Positions 15,201 through 29,900 of a stretch of DNA of 64,000 nucleotides are shown here, piece after piece; position 1 is the stretch's first letter, and each line of letters starts with the position of its first letter. Source of the DNA: Raillietiella orientalis (Eukaryota); NCBI GenBank assembly GCA_036172245.1, contig JAYWIR010000035.1:992001-1056000 (forward strand). Direction: 5' to 3'. Under the pieces are notes generated by a model. That model was not told where the DNA came from and ran no database searches. It was given only the letters and a program-made list of their open reading frames with translations. Position numbers and translations under genes: made by a program.

Positions 15201-18200
15201 AAACAGATGCAGACAACAGCACAAAAAGATGTAATCTAGCTATCAGCTAACGTTAGAACCATCGGACCTTCGAAACGCAGTCAGAAACCACTATGTGTCC
15301 ATTTCTGATAAACATACATTTTCTTTGAAGATAAATACTTGGAGGAAAAAAATTGAATCCCAAATTCGGTTTAAGAAGAATAATGACTGTCCATTCCTGA
15401 ACACATAGCAGATGTCAATAAATGACTGGGCATACCACTTAAAATCAATATCCTGAATTAGTTTTTTCCTTAAACCACCAAAATGATTGCAACAGGTATC
15501 AGTTTAAGAAAGCTAAGAACCCCTTCTTCGATACAGTAGGAATACATTCAACTTTGATCTACAACAAAAGTCTAAAATTTGAAACTTTGGTGAAAGTAGC
15601 AGAAACAGGTTGGGAGGAAAATCCAATTACATGATCACACTGTCAAGGAACATAAAGGTATTTTCCCCTCTTTATCCTCGTAAAAAAACCAAAATATCCA
15701 ATAAAATAACCAAAAGCTAAAATGCTCTATCTAAGGATAAGCAAAGGAAAACGTGTTTGATATGTTTCTCACTTTCCAAGTCCAACGAGTATGAATTTTG
15801 ATTTGCAGTTTTTTTTTAACTGATGCAGATTTTTTTGCCACAAAATTATTGCCGGTTTTAAATAAACTAATCTTTCAAAAAACAATGGGACGTTACAAAA
15901 CAATTAAAAAACTTAGAAATATCCTCAAATGCATACGAAATTTACGAATGAGGATTTTCAGGACAAAAGAAAGAAAATAATATCCATGCTTGTACTGGAT
16001 TGTTCATGAATAGTGGTAGCACATATTTTACCACATACCACCAAATCGCATACACTTCAAAACATAAGTTAGTCAAATTCGTTTTTCATTGAAAAACAAA
16101 TTTCACAACTTTAGCAAGAAGATTACAAGATACGTACTTGATTTTGCTCTAAGTTATGAATTATGCGATTCGATTCACAAATTGAATCAAATGTGATATC
16201 CTAATTTAGAGTCACAAAGTCACTGTCAAAAGAGTCGATTTTCAAGTAATGCATGCATTAATAAAACCAACGTTGAATACTTATTGAAACTGTAATGGCA
16301 TTTCAATACTATTAGGACTATTCCACACAACCAATTACGATAAAGATAAATGCAACTGTTGAAATGCTTATGATTGTAGTGGGAGCAAAACTGGAGCATG
16401 AAAAATTATGGCAGCTACATTAGTAGATTTAAACAAAAGTATTTAATAACAGCCAGAATTTGAAATTCAATAAGCAAGTGAATAGCTGAGATAATCATCT
16501 GCTGTTACACATAAAGCACATGGACAGAAAAATTCAATTTGTTGAAATCATAAGAAATGCATTGGTGAAGCATTAAAAATTGGATAATGAATGCACAACA
16601 AACATTATTTTGTAATGTAATTAATATAATTGCATATGGACATTATTTTGTCATATTAGCACATATATAAAATTAAGTTACCTACTACAAACCGAAATAC
16701 AGTCGATTGTTTTACTTTTTTTTCTTTTTTACAAAAAACAAACCATTCAGGTGGTATTTTAAAAAACACACGATTCAATATCTCAAGACTTTTGAATATA
16801 AAATGAATTAATAATTACCAGAATACCAACACAATTTCAGTTGATTTATCAAATAATATTCAAAACATTTCTATATAAGAAACAAATTTTGGTTTCTACA
16901 ATAAACAACATACTAATAAGTTTTGCTTCAATTTATAAATGCCTACAGGTTTCCTTCAGCAGCATATCATTGATTTTCGAAATGGTTCTCCAAAGCATGG
17001 GATTTCACCTACTTTTGCTTTGTACAACTTTGTAAAACAGGGTTTCAGAAATCACATTTCATCATGATCTTTGATGCAGAATGATTAACATGAAACTGTA
17101 CAACTGCTAAGAATTGCCATTTGAATGGTTTATGCATGAAATGGCAACTCTAAATGTCTAACAACTATGCATTCATTTTTTTTCTTAAACAATCTACCAC
17201 AGAGCTTTAAAAGAATGCACATGCACAACAAACTAAAAAAATGAGACCACCCAAAAATTTGAAGTACTTAGTACTGTTTTGGTATTTAATGTAACAAACT
17301 GTTAGAATGCATGAAAACATGAAATAAGTCTGAGACAAAATAAAAAGTGTGTTCAAATTGTGCTACAATGAACAAAGATCTTGTTTTGTTATTTACTAGA
17401 TTGTGTTACTAGATTACTGGATGAAATTAATAGAAAGATAAATATGCACCAATACACAAGTAAGGGATTAGAAGAAAAAAAATTGCCTAATTCACTTTGA
17501 AATAGTTACATAAAATTTCACTACCACAAGATCTTGTTCTAAATGAATGATCAGAAACTTTAAAGTAAATGAAAAAATTGAAACGAATTTAGTCATTCAA
17601 AGATGAAACCATGCATCTCACATGATGTAAATTGAAAAGTTTCTGAAATCATGCTCTCAGTGCAGATCATTTATAGACAAAAAAAAAAAACAACAACTGG
17701 GCTTTAGAAAACAATAGAGCACTGAGGCACTATCACAGATTCAAAAGGTTTGTAATTTCTGCGATCCTGGTTTTTACAAAATCATAATATCAATATGTTC
17801 AATAGCCAACAAGAAGCTTCAGGTGCAAAAGATGATAAGTAAAGGTCATAATTCTTTTTGCTGTTTTTCTATTATTTCTGAATAATACACAAATTAATAA
17901 TTCTTGAAGGAAATATGCACTTAGAAAGAAAATGAAAGAGTTGACAAATAGTGCTGCAATTCAATTCATTCATGTATTGTAACTGATTAGACATAATTCC
18001 ATTCACTGAAGTAAAGATTATGAATACAAAGATGCATAACTGTTGCTACACTGAACACACACTGCACCTAATAATGTACAAAATAGTGAAAAATATACTG
18101 CTCATTTGAATTGTCTCTTATTCAAACTGGTAGTTTTGAACCTGCTTACTTCAGACAAAAACTATGTATGCTGAAATAGCTTACTGTATCACTGGCTGTA

Positions 18201-20252
18201 TAACTGACAACTGAGCTTTTGAACAATATCTGATACCTTATTTCCATTTGAAATGTTATTCAATAAAACTACAACAACACACTCAAAAATGTAAAGTTAA
18301 AACAGCATATGTATTTTTACTTTCTTGGAAATATTTAGTTTTGAAAACAGATGAAAACCTCTGAACAACCTTGGTAGTAATTTAAATAAAATCATTGCAT
18401 GCAATAGCTGTACTTGTAGACTCTTATAGCTTTTCATTTTGTATACCTATGCTGTTTCAATCAATTCATCAAACAAGTTTTTTTATATTTCTATACCAAA
18501 TGTTGAATGGTGGTAAAACACATGTATTTTCAACTCATGCATGGTGTAATACTTGATGTATTGAATACTTTCAATGTGATCCAACTTCCAATTGACTTTC
18601 TATGTTGTGCTTCAATAACAAAATAGATGGAAATTATCAGATCTTAAACAGTTTATTATAACTGTTTCAAAGGAATGAAAGTTTTTACTTTGTGCGCTAT
18701 TTTATTTTCATTCCAAAAAGATGACAATATTCCTAGATTTTCCGAATCAAGTAATGCTAGTAAAATTAAGATCCTCCATTATAACACAAATCCTCTGTTA
18801 TATTTTGGATATAGTTATACCACCAAACTGTTTAATGAATACTGAATGCTTTCTATTTTAAATTCTACTTTATTCCCTTTCTTTCAATTCATACTTCTAG
18901 AAAAATTATGCATAATTTTATTCCTTGTCATTCACCAGAACATAATTTTCACTCTAACAACAATTTAGTATTTTTTACAGGAACATAATATGTATACAGT
19001 CTACATCAGTGTAGAGTAAGCATAAATAAAAATTATTCGTCTAAAGCCAACATTTTCACTGCACACATTATAATTGACAAATCACACAAGGCAATTAGGT
19101 GGATAAAAAATTCAAAAACACTTCAAGCAACTTTCTAAACAAAGATCAAGAATAAATATTTTTCTTGGGCATCCAAATAAATCAAATAGTGTCTCTGTGA
19201 ATATATATGACATTCTTGTATAAACAAGACAGAAACTTTTTTGTTTTGAAAACAAAAAGTAATAAGTATAAATCGATACAAAACATAATAGTAGAAATTG
19301 TTCCCAAGTATGCTGTTTACAAATTCTATGGATTTAACCCAAAGATATTAAACAAACGAATTTCTTGTAATGGTATTTACGTTTTGAATCTTCTATGTTT
19401 CAATTAATGGCTACACCACAAGCTAAATAAACTCCAATTAGACTGACTTCCTCATCAATATGATGATTACTAATTAAAATGCAAGATTTTTTGATTTGTT
19501 GATAACTCATATGAAAGCAATTACCGGTTACTAATTAGAAATTTATAATTACATATCAAAGTTCATGCAGTTGATATTTTTAATCATAATAATCTTCTTC
19601 GTTTGAGATACCATGCTTATGATTATGTACTGCCATCCAAAAAACTCTGTGAATTCTATAACTTGTAATGAATAAGCAGTTCCTCTATATGAATTAGTCT
19701 TCCTCATTATAAGAGGAACACTAGTCAAGTACTTTTAGTTAATAAGAACCACAAGTTTCAAACTTCTGTTGATATGAAAACCTGCTTCATTTCTGCCAAA
19801 AAGCTCATCAGCAAATAAAATAACTTTCAACACTAGCTCCATTATTATACAATTTTTCCTTGAAGGAAACTGTTTCTTGATGCTGTGGATCATTTCTAGG
19901 TTCTCACTTTTTTTGATAGAAAATAAACACAATGAATCAATCGTGGCTCGCAGTTATTCAAAACAAAAAAAATATATGTGAGACAGGATTTGCTTGCACA
20001 CTATTACACTATTCTATTACACTATCACACTGTTCTTGCAAACTAAACATTTCAAATTCAAATGAAAAACAACAGTTAACATGCTTTTACAAACAGTAGA
20101 TTTCCAGAAAAATAGTTACCAAAAATATCCTCAAATAACTTCGGAACGACATTCATTTGTACTATAATTTAATAACACTTGAATACCTCAAAAAATCAAC
20201 AAACACTCACTTGGTTACATCCAGGACTGACAAATGAATGATGATCAGTCAT
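2892..20252 (-). CDS. Pkn: Serine/threonine protein kinase N (PKN/PRK), N-terminal HR1a-HR1b-HR1c part; the gene continues beyond the left edge
   Basis: Phase-consistent GT-AG exons: 20252-20211 ([14 protein letters not shown], inferred first coding exon), 8807-8480 (SDDYLHP...[19 protein letters not shown]1a), 3727-3615 ([14 protein letters not shown]), 3364-3184 (VKAGAENMI...[15 protein letters not shown]1b), 3049-2892 ([21 protein letters not shown]1c). No C2 or kinase exons found in 1-2891. Confidence 0.93.
9262..9299. repeat. Perfect 14-bp inverted repeat with 10-nt loop, in a PKN intron
   Basis: ATTCGGGTAGCGGA-atctctcgaa-TCCGCTACCCGAAT. Confidence 0.85.
13241..13275. repeat. Perfect 17-bp inverted repeat with 1-nt spacer, in a PKN intron
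   Basis: CAGATGGATTGCGTTTG-t-CAAACGCAATCCATCTG. Confidence 0.9.
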
Positions 20253-23200
20253 TTTTACATGGAGCAGTTCCTCAACATAACATCAATTAGATAACATGAT
20301 GATAATTTTTTCTTGACTTTATAAAGAAATCTAATACTGAACAGAAACCAAAACAATAACATAACTGCAAAATAAATGGTGATTTTCTTAATTTGTGGTT
20401 CATTAAAATTGCTGTTCACTTGTTCAAAAATACGAAAAACAAGAACAAAATTAACAAAATATCTTCACCATTGTTTGCAATAACAGAAATACATGATTCA
20501 ACAAATATCAATTATGCTGTAATGTAGATTCCTTACATTATATTAGCAACAGAACACCAAAGTATGGTTCAACAATAACAAGTTAGAACAAGCAAATTAC
20601 GTGAACACAATAATAAACACATAACTTTTGGGGCACACTTTATTTCTGAGATTTTATGAAAGTTCATTTCACAACTGGCAGCAAAAAAAACAAAAAAAAA
20701 CTCAAATAAATTTAAACTCAAGTTGTTAATTAATTACATGTATTTTCAATATTAACGATTGCATCCGCAACTCCAACAGGTAGATGCGCCAATGTCACAG
20801 CAAGTTGCCAGAATTTTAATTACTTTTAACCATTGAAACGAACTTTTTTATTACAATTTAAAAAAGATGAATGTCTAGCACTATATTTGAGTCTTTCATA
20901 ATATCATAACGGCTACAGTCGTTGCAAATTTCCCACATTGAGCACAGCGAGAAATCCACGATAACGGAATGAAAGAATGCCTCCAATTGAAAAAGTTCAT
21001 TCGCACGTACCGGTAGAGCTTACATAATAGCAATCAAACAACAGCACAAGTTTCATATTGTTTTCATACTTTTGTAAATTGAAATTGCAAAACGTTATTG
21101 CTAGAACATTTTCTCACTTGAGCTAATCGTTTTTTCAGATATCCTACTGTTCTGCAAAATGCATGAATACATCATAACATAAGTATGGCATTGCAATGAA
21201 TAGTTCCAATGATTGGGATTTAAAACAAAATCACATTTGGTTACTGTGAATTTTGATTCTATTTCATATGTACTGTGGTTCTTCTGAAATGAGCAATTTT
21301 GGTTCATTATTTCGATGAATGATCTCAGTCCAATATCGATTACAATTGCATTTCATTACTACGAACAACCATCACAAGCTAATACTGAATGCGAATCCTA
21401 ATGGAAACAATCGACGAAATGAGCGATATATTTAAAGAGGAACGGAGACTAGTGATGCCCATTTTTTTTTTTTTCCTTCTTTTTTCTTCTTGATGCACTA
21501 GCATTTCAGAGTGACACTGCAAAACCTTCTCTAAACAGCTCTCCATCCATCTGTAGTGCCATTCTTCTCAGGACTATTTGTCATTAGGATTTGTGAACAA
21601 TAAAGCTCTGTAAGGTGTGTCGCCCGGCTTAGGAATCCGAAATCACAATTAATAACTGACAAGTTTCACAATACAAAGCAGAAACAGTCTTCACACCAGC
21701 TTTCCGACGACAGCTGACAAATCTATCGTGGAAAGTCTACATGTGTCGTCATCAGTGCCCCAAACGGAATGAAATCTCACTAAAGAAGATATCCCTTGAG
21801 GCCACCGTATATGAATAATTGCTTTGCTTTGTTTTGTTTTGGCTCATTGTGGCCAGGACCCCTTTAAAACTGCATGCTTTTTATTGCTACAGAAAGAGCA
21901 TCTGTCTTCAACATTTCGTTTGGATTTCTAGAATCCCGTATAGTTCGTCAAAAATTCAGTACTACCGATAGAACTTCCTTCAATGAATAGATGGAACGAT
22001 AGTAAACTATAGCTCCATAAATTTTTACAGCATGATGTTTCACTTTTAAAAAGTCTCATTAAAAATTACGTTTTTTTTTTTTTTTTCATTACTTACTGAG
22101 AATTGCAATAGCACGAGCACGGAATATTTTTGCAGAGGAAAAACTTGGAAGAAATATATTTTCAAAGTTGTGCACTTTCTGCACAGAGAATTCAAAAGGA
22201 AAACATAATATACGCGAAAATTGAGTTGAGTTTCCAAATTATCCACATAAAAAAGTAAACATCGTAACTGAAGTTTAAAGGGAAGCATCCCCTAAGAGGG
22301 AGAGATTGAAAACGAACTTTACACTTGATTCCTTGAATACACAGGAATTGTGTAAACAGACGAATTCAGAGACAAAAGTACTGTTCCTGTTCCCAAAAAA
22401 GAAAAAAAAAACACTGCGGTTTGAAAACAGATTCATAAAAGACACTGGCCACCTTATAATCAACACAAGAATCCCTAGGATAAGGATCAATTGCAATAAT
22501 GCCATGCACACTGCTGAAGAATATACACAAACTTGGAACTATAGCTGTAAACAAAACGAAGGCATCCACGGCACCTTCACAGAGCCATCAATGGTACCCA
22601 GTTGAGAACCCAGTAATTGAGAATACCATCAGGATGCTCTTTTTAAGTAGGATATAATTGTATTCCAAAGGCGAAAATCAGAGTTGAAGCGTATAAGAGG
22701 AAAGCATAGGAAAGCAATTCTTCAGCACTTTTGTGCAGATTCAAGCATATGAACTCTTAAGCATAAGATCGAATGTCTTTACCTAGCATTATTGGAGATG
22801 GCAAGCAAGATAATCCAAATCTCTTACTTAAGCTGCATCATTGATAGCGGAAGGAGTTTTTTGATTCTCCCTGAGTTGGAAATGGGAAAGCATTCATTAA
22901 TGGATCGCAACGTGCCCGAACGATATTACATAACCATTCAAATTACGAGTAAATGATTGATCAAAAAGCAAACTTCTGAAACTTAAATAAAGAGAAAAAC
23001 TTCAGGAAATATGCAGGAAATTTGAATTTCCATTAGAATTATACTTTTTTTATCCTTCATCTGAGACATTAATTTTCAAAATACAGCTTCTACAAAAGCG
23101 TATCATGAAAGACGTATCATATGAGAAACAGATACGAATAACGTTTGTCATTTAACTTTTGTCTTCATATGAAATGTTTAGCTCAGCTCAGATGTTGAAA

Positions 23201-23822
23201 CGAATGTTTGCTTCTTTAGTTTACGATGAGAGCTTACTTCTACATTTGAAATCAGAGGAAAAAGTATTTTAGATCCTTAATAATTGGTTAAATAATCACT
23301 TTCAAAAATGAAGGTCGTTCATTGTAATTGCAGCACAGCAAGATTAGAGTTGAAAGTTAATTATTGTAGTGCAGTAGATTTGTTGCTCTAGCACCAACCG
23401 GGTTTTCATGGAGATGAAGGATTTAGTGAAATAATTTAAACAGTTTGCCACCCTCTGTTCTATTAATTGAATATCTGTATCATGCTTTAGCACCACATGG
23501 AAAAGCTCTAGATGCGTATCCAGTTTTAGAGTTTGTTTACTAACACAAACTTCCGCTTAAGTGATGCATCCATTTTGGGGGAATCACGTTTGTCACATTT
23601 GAATGATAACTTGAGAATATAAAGATTTAGAAGATTCATTTTTTAAAAATGATGTGCCTTATCAAAAGTGAACTGTAGCCAAATTATGGTGAAGATTCCC
23701 TATGGACTAAACATTTTCCATATCATTGCATAGGTTTATAAACATGCCTCGAAAAGTTTCCACTTGGCGATTGATGAGCCCCGTCGCACCCCTCCGCGTT
23801 AACGCGCCATGGTACTCGAAAG

Positions 23823-24123
23823 CAGTGTTCCCCAAACTTTTCCTAGGATGGAACACTTCACAGATCCTGAAATTTTCACGGAATACCTTGGTTATTTTAT
23901 AGAGTAGGTAGATATTAACAGTAAATAAGTTGAGCAAGTAGAATATAAGAGTTAAGAAAACAAAGCAAACATTGATTCTCAAGTTTTAATTGCGTAAAAC
24001 AAAACACATGAAAATAGTAAAATAAACTTAATTGCATTTAAAATATATCAATTTTCATAATTTTTCGGGGAACGCTTATTGAATTTCCGCGCAACACCGT
24101 GGAGCATAGTTTGGGAAACCCTG
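23823..24123. mobile_element. Non-autonomous hAT-type (Charlie/Buster-like) MITE, 301 bp
   Basis: TIRs CAGTGTTCCCCAAACT / AGTTTGGGAAACCCTG (14/16 match). Degenerate 8-bp TSD ctcgaaag / ctctaacg (6/8). Subterminal GGAACAC-like repeats, AT-rich core, no ORF. Confidence 0.75.
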
Positions 24124-26958
24124 CTCTAACGGATCATAAAGAGAAACATTTCGTTTATAACACTTTGATGAGAGCGAATTCGCATAGTTCTGAAAAGAAA
24201 CGATTCCTTTTATAACAAAAGAATATTCTAGCATTAAATCGTAGAAACACATGAGACTTCTACAACGTCTCCAGAAATCTTCGTATCAGGAAGCATTATC
24301 TTCAGTTCGGGAATTTAAAGAGAAGAGTTTGGAAAATTCCCCGAAAAAATACCCAACTGTGCTTATGAACCTAAACAGATTAACGTTTGGGTAGACTTGC
24401 AAACGGAATGTCTGAACAAAATTCGTATGATTGCACCTGCTGATATAAACTAAGAAATATCTTGTTCTATAATAATTACATGATAACAACGGAACCATAT
24501 GACCATTCAGGAAAAACCTTTGGGCGAGTAGCTTCTCTAATTTTGAAGTTTCAGAACTAACTGTTCTGTCATCAATCTGAATCACGATCGGTTCGAAACA
24601 TTGAATGCATTTCTGAGCTCATAGGATTCCTATTCTATTTTGTAAAACCAGAACTACATCCCTTGAGTTTATGAATAAGCTTATTCTTCCCTAATCTTGG
24701 GAAGAGGCATCGAGAGGATGCTAGGAGCGTGTTTCTTTGCATAGTCCGGACAAATAAGACAGCAAGTGTCTCCACTCCTTGGCATCTCAGCTAGCTGCAA
24801 ACGAAGAATGGCGCAGGATTTGTCATCACAGACGCAGATGATCTCAGAACCTTGCCTGTTCAGTTTCGTGTGACAGTGAAGTTCATAAAGGCTATCAAAG
24901 AGGCAAGCAACAGAAGGTTTTTTTTCTTTCCTTTTTCTTTTACCATTATTCCCTTTCTGGAGCTGCCCTTCCACATCAAGAGGGAAACATGGATAGACTT
25001 TTCGAGCAAGCCATCAAGTTGTATCAACGAATATCGTAGAAACATGATTTATGCCAAAGTCAGTCATTTTAGTTGAAGATACAAAAATGAAATAAAAGCT
25101 GTAAAGTAATAAAAAGTAATAAAACTAGACATTTAAAGTTGAGCTGTATTGTACGAAATGATTCCTTTCTGCATGAACCTTTAGAGTTTAAAGAGCCTAC
25201 AAAATTGCAGCAAGTTATGCTATGTGGTTTAGATTCTGAAGTCAGACCGATTCCAAAACGCTTCTCATGTGCAATCAGAAAAATTCGATTATCCAAATTT
25301 CAGCTTTCTTAGGCTGTCTGTAGGTGCATCAACCCCAACAATAATAAAAAGAATCGCAAGAAAAAAGCTTACCGAGTCTGCCGACAGTATTCTGGAGAAT
25401 TTCAACGTTCGAAATTTCGAAAGCAACCCTTTAAATTCACAAAGGTAAAAGAATAACAATCCTTTATCTCCGCTAAAATAAAGCTATTTGCCTCCGTGAT
25501 TAATCTCATCTTTCTTATGAAAACGCATCCACGGCAAATTCTATAACAAGAAAACGTGCAAGTGATTCTATTTTTGAAGTAACTTGAACGCTTTTCCATT
25601 ATAGAACTTGTCCAGAGTAGTTTCTGAGCTCCTGGAATGAGTATCTCTTCCATGATTCAGGAGTAATTTCTACATGTGCAGCCTATCCTGTTGAAAAGTT
25701 GTTCCGTTTCCGGTAGTTCATGTTCTTCAATTCACGGAAATACACGAAGCAAAAAGCAATTCCACTTGTAATTTTCATCTTGTTTTGCACGTACAGTGGG
25801 TAATAAACAAATTGCGACGACTGCATCCGTGCTGAAGGGCCAAAAAAGAATAAAGCTTCTTGTCAAAGATGGCTTGTACAACTAGTGAGCTTTAACCACT
25901 TTGTACGATACTCACGATAACACCGCCATTATTGAAAGCACTGAAAACAACAATGCGGTGCTGACCACAACATGCACATTGCTAAGGAAACTGGTTTCGG
26001 TTTAGAAGTGCCACCACGCATGCTCAACACCTCGATTTTGTTAATAAGGTACGTAGATGTAGGTTTGGTCGTGTCATGTGTTACGTTTCATGGAAAAGTA
26101 ATGTAAAAAAAAAATTTCCTCGAGAATTCTGTAAACGATACTTAAGTTATGATTTCCGTTAATGTCTTGCATGCTGCAAACCGCTGCTGAACACGTAAAG
26201 TTCGAAGGATCACTGGAATGTACTTTTTCTTCATCGAATGAGCTAAACTTTGATTATAGTGTGCAAGTGAATCAAAACTAATGGAATTCTCACACTTTGC
26301 ATGCGAAAGTCTCATCGAGTTTGCAGTTTCGTTCCTTTTCCTTTCCCATGTACTGCAGTGTGCATACTAGGGGTCTTTGAAAGTGATTTGTGAGGGAATA
26401 AAACTCGATTATTTTAGTGTGGGTGTTTAAGAATTGCGTGGTAATTTTGGTTCGGCGTACGTGGACTTTTTCATGCAAGTCTGTGTACATGTGAAATAAC
26501 ATGTGAGTTTTTTTTTTTTTAATTTGTAAAGGAAACATTTACGATAAATTGACAAACCGTCGGCATATATGCGTTTCTCTTCAGCAGTAAAATTTTGTTA
26601 ATGAACTGTACGTAAAAGTTCTGCCATAAACAAAAATGTGGTACCATAGAGTTTGCCTTGTTAGTACTTTGAATCATTTGGCATGAATATAATACCAAAA
26701 AAGGGTTCTATGTATGTCTAATTGTAATACATGCATGCTTGGGTAGCACCGATAAAGTATCTTGGAAATAATTGAAGTCATTTAAAAAAGATTTTGTATC
26801 ATTTTGTTTCCTTGTATTGGTATACTTTAATCTTTAAAAGTTTTGATTATCAGTTGCAAAAAATTAATGATAAAAACGGTGCTTAATGAGTTCTCAAAAA
26901 TGAATCCAAACTTTTTCTTTTTTGAACAGGAGCAAAGAAGAAACCATTTAATTCAAAA

Positions 26959-29900
26959 ATGAAGGTAAGGTAAGGTTGCATTTTTTAATTTGGTAAAGTT
27001 ATCATCACAGTAGACATGAGATATTGGGCAATGATCTCAATAAGAAAAAAAAAAGAATTTATTTATACTTAAAATTGAACCAATTTTTAGCTTTCATTTC
27101 ATCGAATAATCACAAGAGGAAATTTGTCAAAATGTCTGCTTTATCAAGGGATAAACAGATATTGTACAGACGGTTTTTCTTTTGGTAAGTTCAATGGTGA
27201 CAATTTGACATGAGACATTTGCAAAATTTTGACTACAGTCAGTATAAGGTAGTTAATTTTTTACTTAGCACTATCAGATCAACAGAAAGAAATTCAAGAT
27301 CTAGCGAGAAAATTTGCTAGAGAAGAAGTTTTACCCAAGGCATCACACTATGACAAAACTGGAGAGTATCCATGGGATTTGATTAAGAAAAGTCATCAAT
27401 TAGGACTTATGAATGGGTGTATTCCATCCAAATACGGTAATAAATTGTATTTCCAGAAGTGCTAAAATATCAGTCTCTACGATGTATAATGAAATATCAA
27501 TAAATATGAAAAAGTTAGCTTAGTAAATTGAAAGACAAAGTTCCTCAGTTCCCTAGTTTATTTTTATTTGTGGGAATGGAAGTCAGCTGCAGATTTGTGA
27601 TCATTTCAATTGAAGCTATAAAAATTATAAGCAAATGAAATCTCTAGCGAAATAACAGAAATCATTGAGTACCAGAATTATATGCCTGCTAATGAATGAT
27701 ATGTTACTAGTAATTTTATCAGAAATTCAAGTTGTGTCTACCATAAGACTTTCTGGATGAGTTGTATGTGATCTTTTGTATTTGGATTAACTGACCTGGA
27801 TTCCTTTGAAAAGTCCATTTTAAACGGTAGAGGAATAAATTGTCACACATAGGAGCACTCTATGATTTTTAGATTTTGTATCGTCTTTTTTGTAATCCAC
27901 TGAATCCTTTATAATGAAGTTTTCAAACTTTGCTGTTTACTTGTGACTTTTAGAAAGGGGGCATTTTTTCTTAGGTTGAGTTTTAACTGTTGATGTGTTG
28001 GTCTGTTTACAAGCATAAACCAAACAAGCTCTAAGTCATCAATAAATAACCTGTTATATAATTAACATATTGCTGTTATTAATATTTGTAAAGCTGTGCT
28101 TTGTATCAAGCACTAATCTTTTGACTGGCTTTCAGTTCTGCCTTGTCCAAGAGATAATTTCACTCTAATTAAAGTAGACATCGAAAAATTCTGACTTACA
28201 ATGTTGCATCATAATGATATTTCAACTGAGTGCAAGCAGAAAATAAGGATTGGACTCAAGAAAACTATCCATTTGTATTTGTCAACAATCTTGAAAATTG
28301 TTCTAGTTTCTTTTGATTCCTTAAATGTTGATGTTTGGGGCGACTTAGAGCTTGCAGCATTTTGATGGATTAAATCCCACATATTATCTTGAAACAAGTT
28401 TTAAAAGAAAGCCACACTATTCAAATTTTTTGTCGATATTCCAGTTGCAGTTCAGGAATTTTGTTGCTTTTTTTTGTGTGCTGTATATATCTTTGTATTT
28501 TTGTGTACATGCATTCAGATTTAATGCAAACATTAGGTTGTAAACAAATATTAGTTTGTGCAGACCTCTACAGTTTTCAGATTGCTGTTTAAAAAACGTT
28601 ATCTTGTGATGCTTTTAATGATTACTGTTTGCTGCATGTATTCTCCTAGTGCAGATTCCTTCGTTAAAAAAGTATGTACATTTCTTATGAAGTAGGATCC
28701 TTGAAGCAATTAGAAATTACTATCTCAACTTAAGCATACTGGAGTTGATGTTTTCAGTTTTTTACTGAATTTTTGAAATGTGGGAGTAAGACTTGTCAGT
28801 TGTTTTTCCTGTCAATGAATCAAATGTGATCATCAAAGAACTGAAAGAAACATCAGTGCATTAATAGAAGAATTTTGCACTTTCTGTTTGCTTATTTTTT
28901 TACAGTATGAAAACTGTGATGTTCAGCTGCAATTCACTTTTTCATGTGGAGTTTGTTTCCATCCGAAACCCATGAGGAAATTAGGTTTATGGAGAAAGAT
29001 AGAATATATTTGTTTTATTTATTATGTTTATACTGTTATTTATTCTAGCAATATTTTTGCTTTGTTAACATGATTGTAATTTCTGTCATTGTTATGACAT
29101 TGCACCAGTATATCTCCTACATATCATTTCATTAGCATGCTGTCGTCAATAAACGTATAATGATCAAAAGTATTAGGGCATTAAAATCATTAAGAGTAAA
29201 TCGTTTCACTTGGATTGGAAAATAGTCATTGCTTTCTAGAGTTAAGGATGTTCCACTTTTGAGATCACATATGCAAAAAACATATGTTTAATTGCCATTT
29301 TGGTTGCATTGCAGTGGATCCTATGAAAGTTGTATTTCTAGATTCAGGCAAATGCCTAAAGTTTGTGGTCTCTTTCATTTGAAATCCAATAAAATAATGC
29401 TCTGAAGGCATGATAAAGACAATTAAGAAGAAATGATGAGGAATCATAAAGACCATTTACGTTTTTTTCATGTAATGAGTCATAGATATCACTGCATATG
29501 GTATGAACTGCTCAACTACAGTACTATATTTTCAACAAAATAAAGGATGCTTTGATACATATCTTAAAAGTATCTCAAAGGCTAGTGGTTGGTAATGAAC
29601 AGTATGAAGCTAATTCTTCATTTCACATAAAAACATATTAGAAGGAAAGTCAAATGCTTAACAAATTTAATGTCTTTTATTGTTCGTTATGTAGAAATCG
29701 TAGCCCTGTGTTTTCTTTTGTCATTTCCAGTTTCTAATTGCTTTATTTTTGGTTATGATAGTAAGTGAATTGATCTCTTAGCAAGCTGAATATATAAATC
29801 AGCATGTGTAATCGGTTTTTTGATTTTCAACTTTTTGTACTATGGAAGTGCCAATGGGATTTGTTATTTTAAGAATATATTACGGTTTTTTATTGTATGT

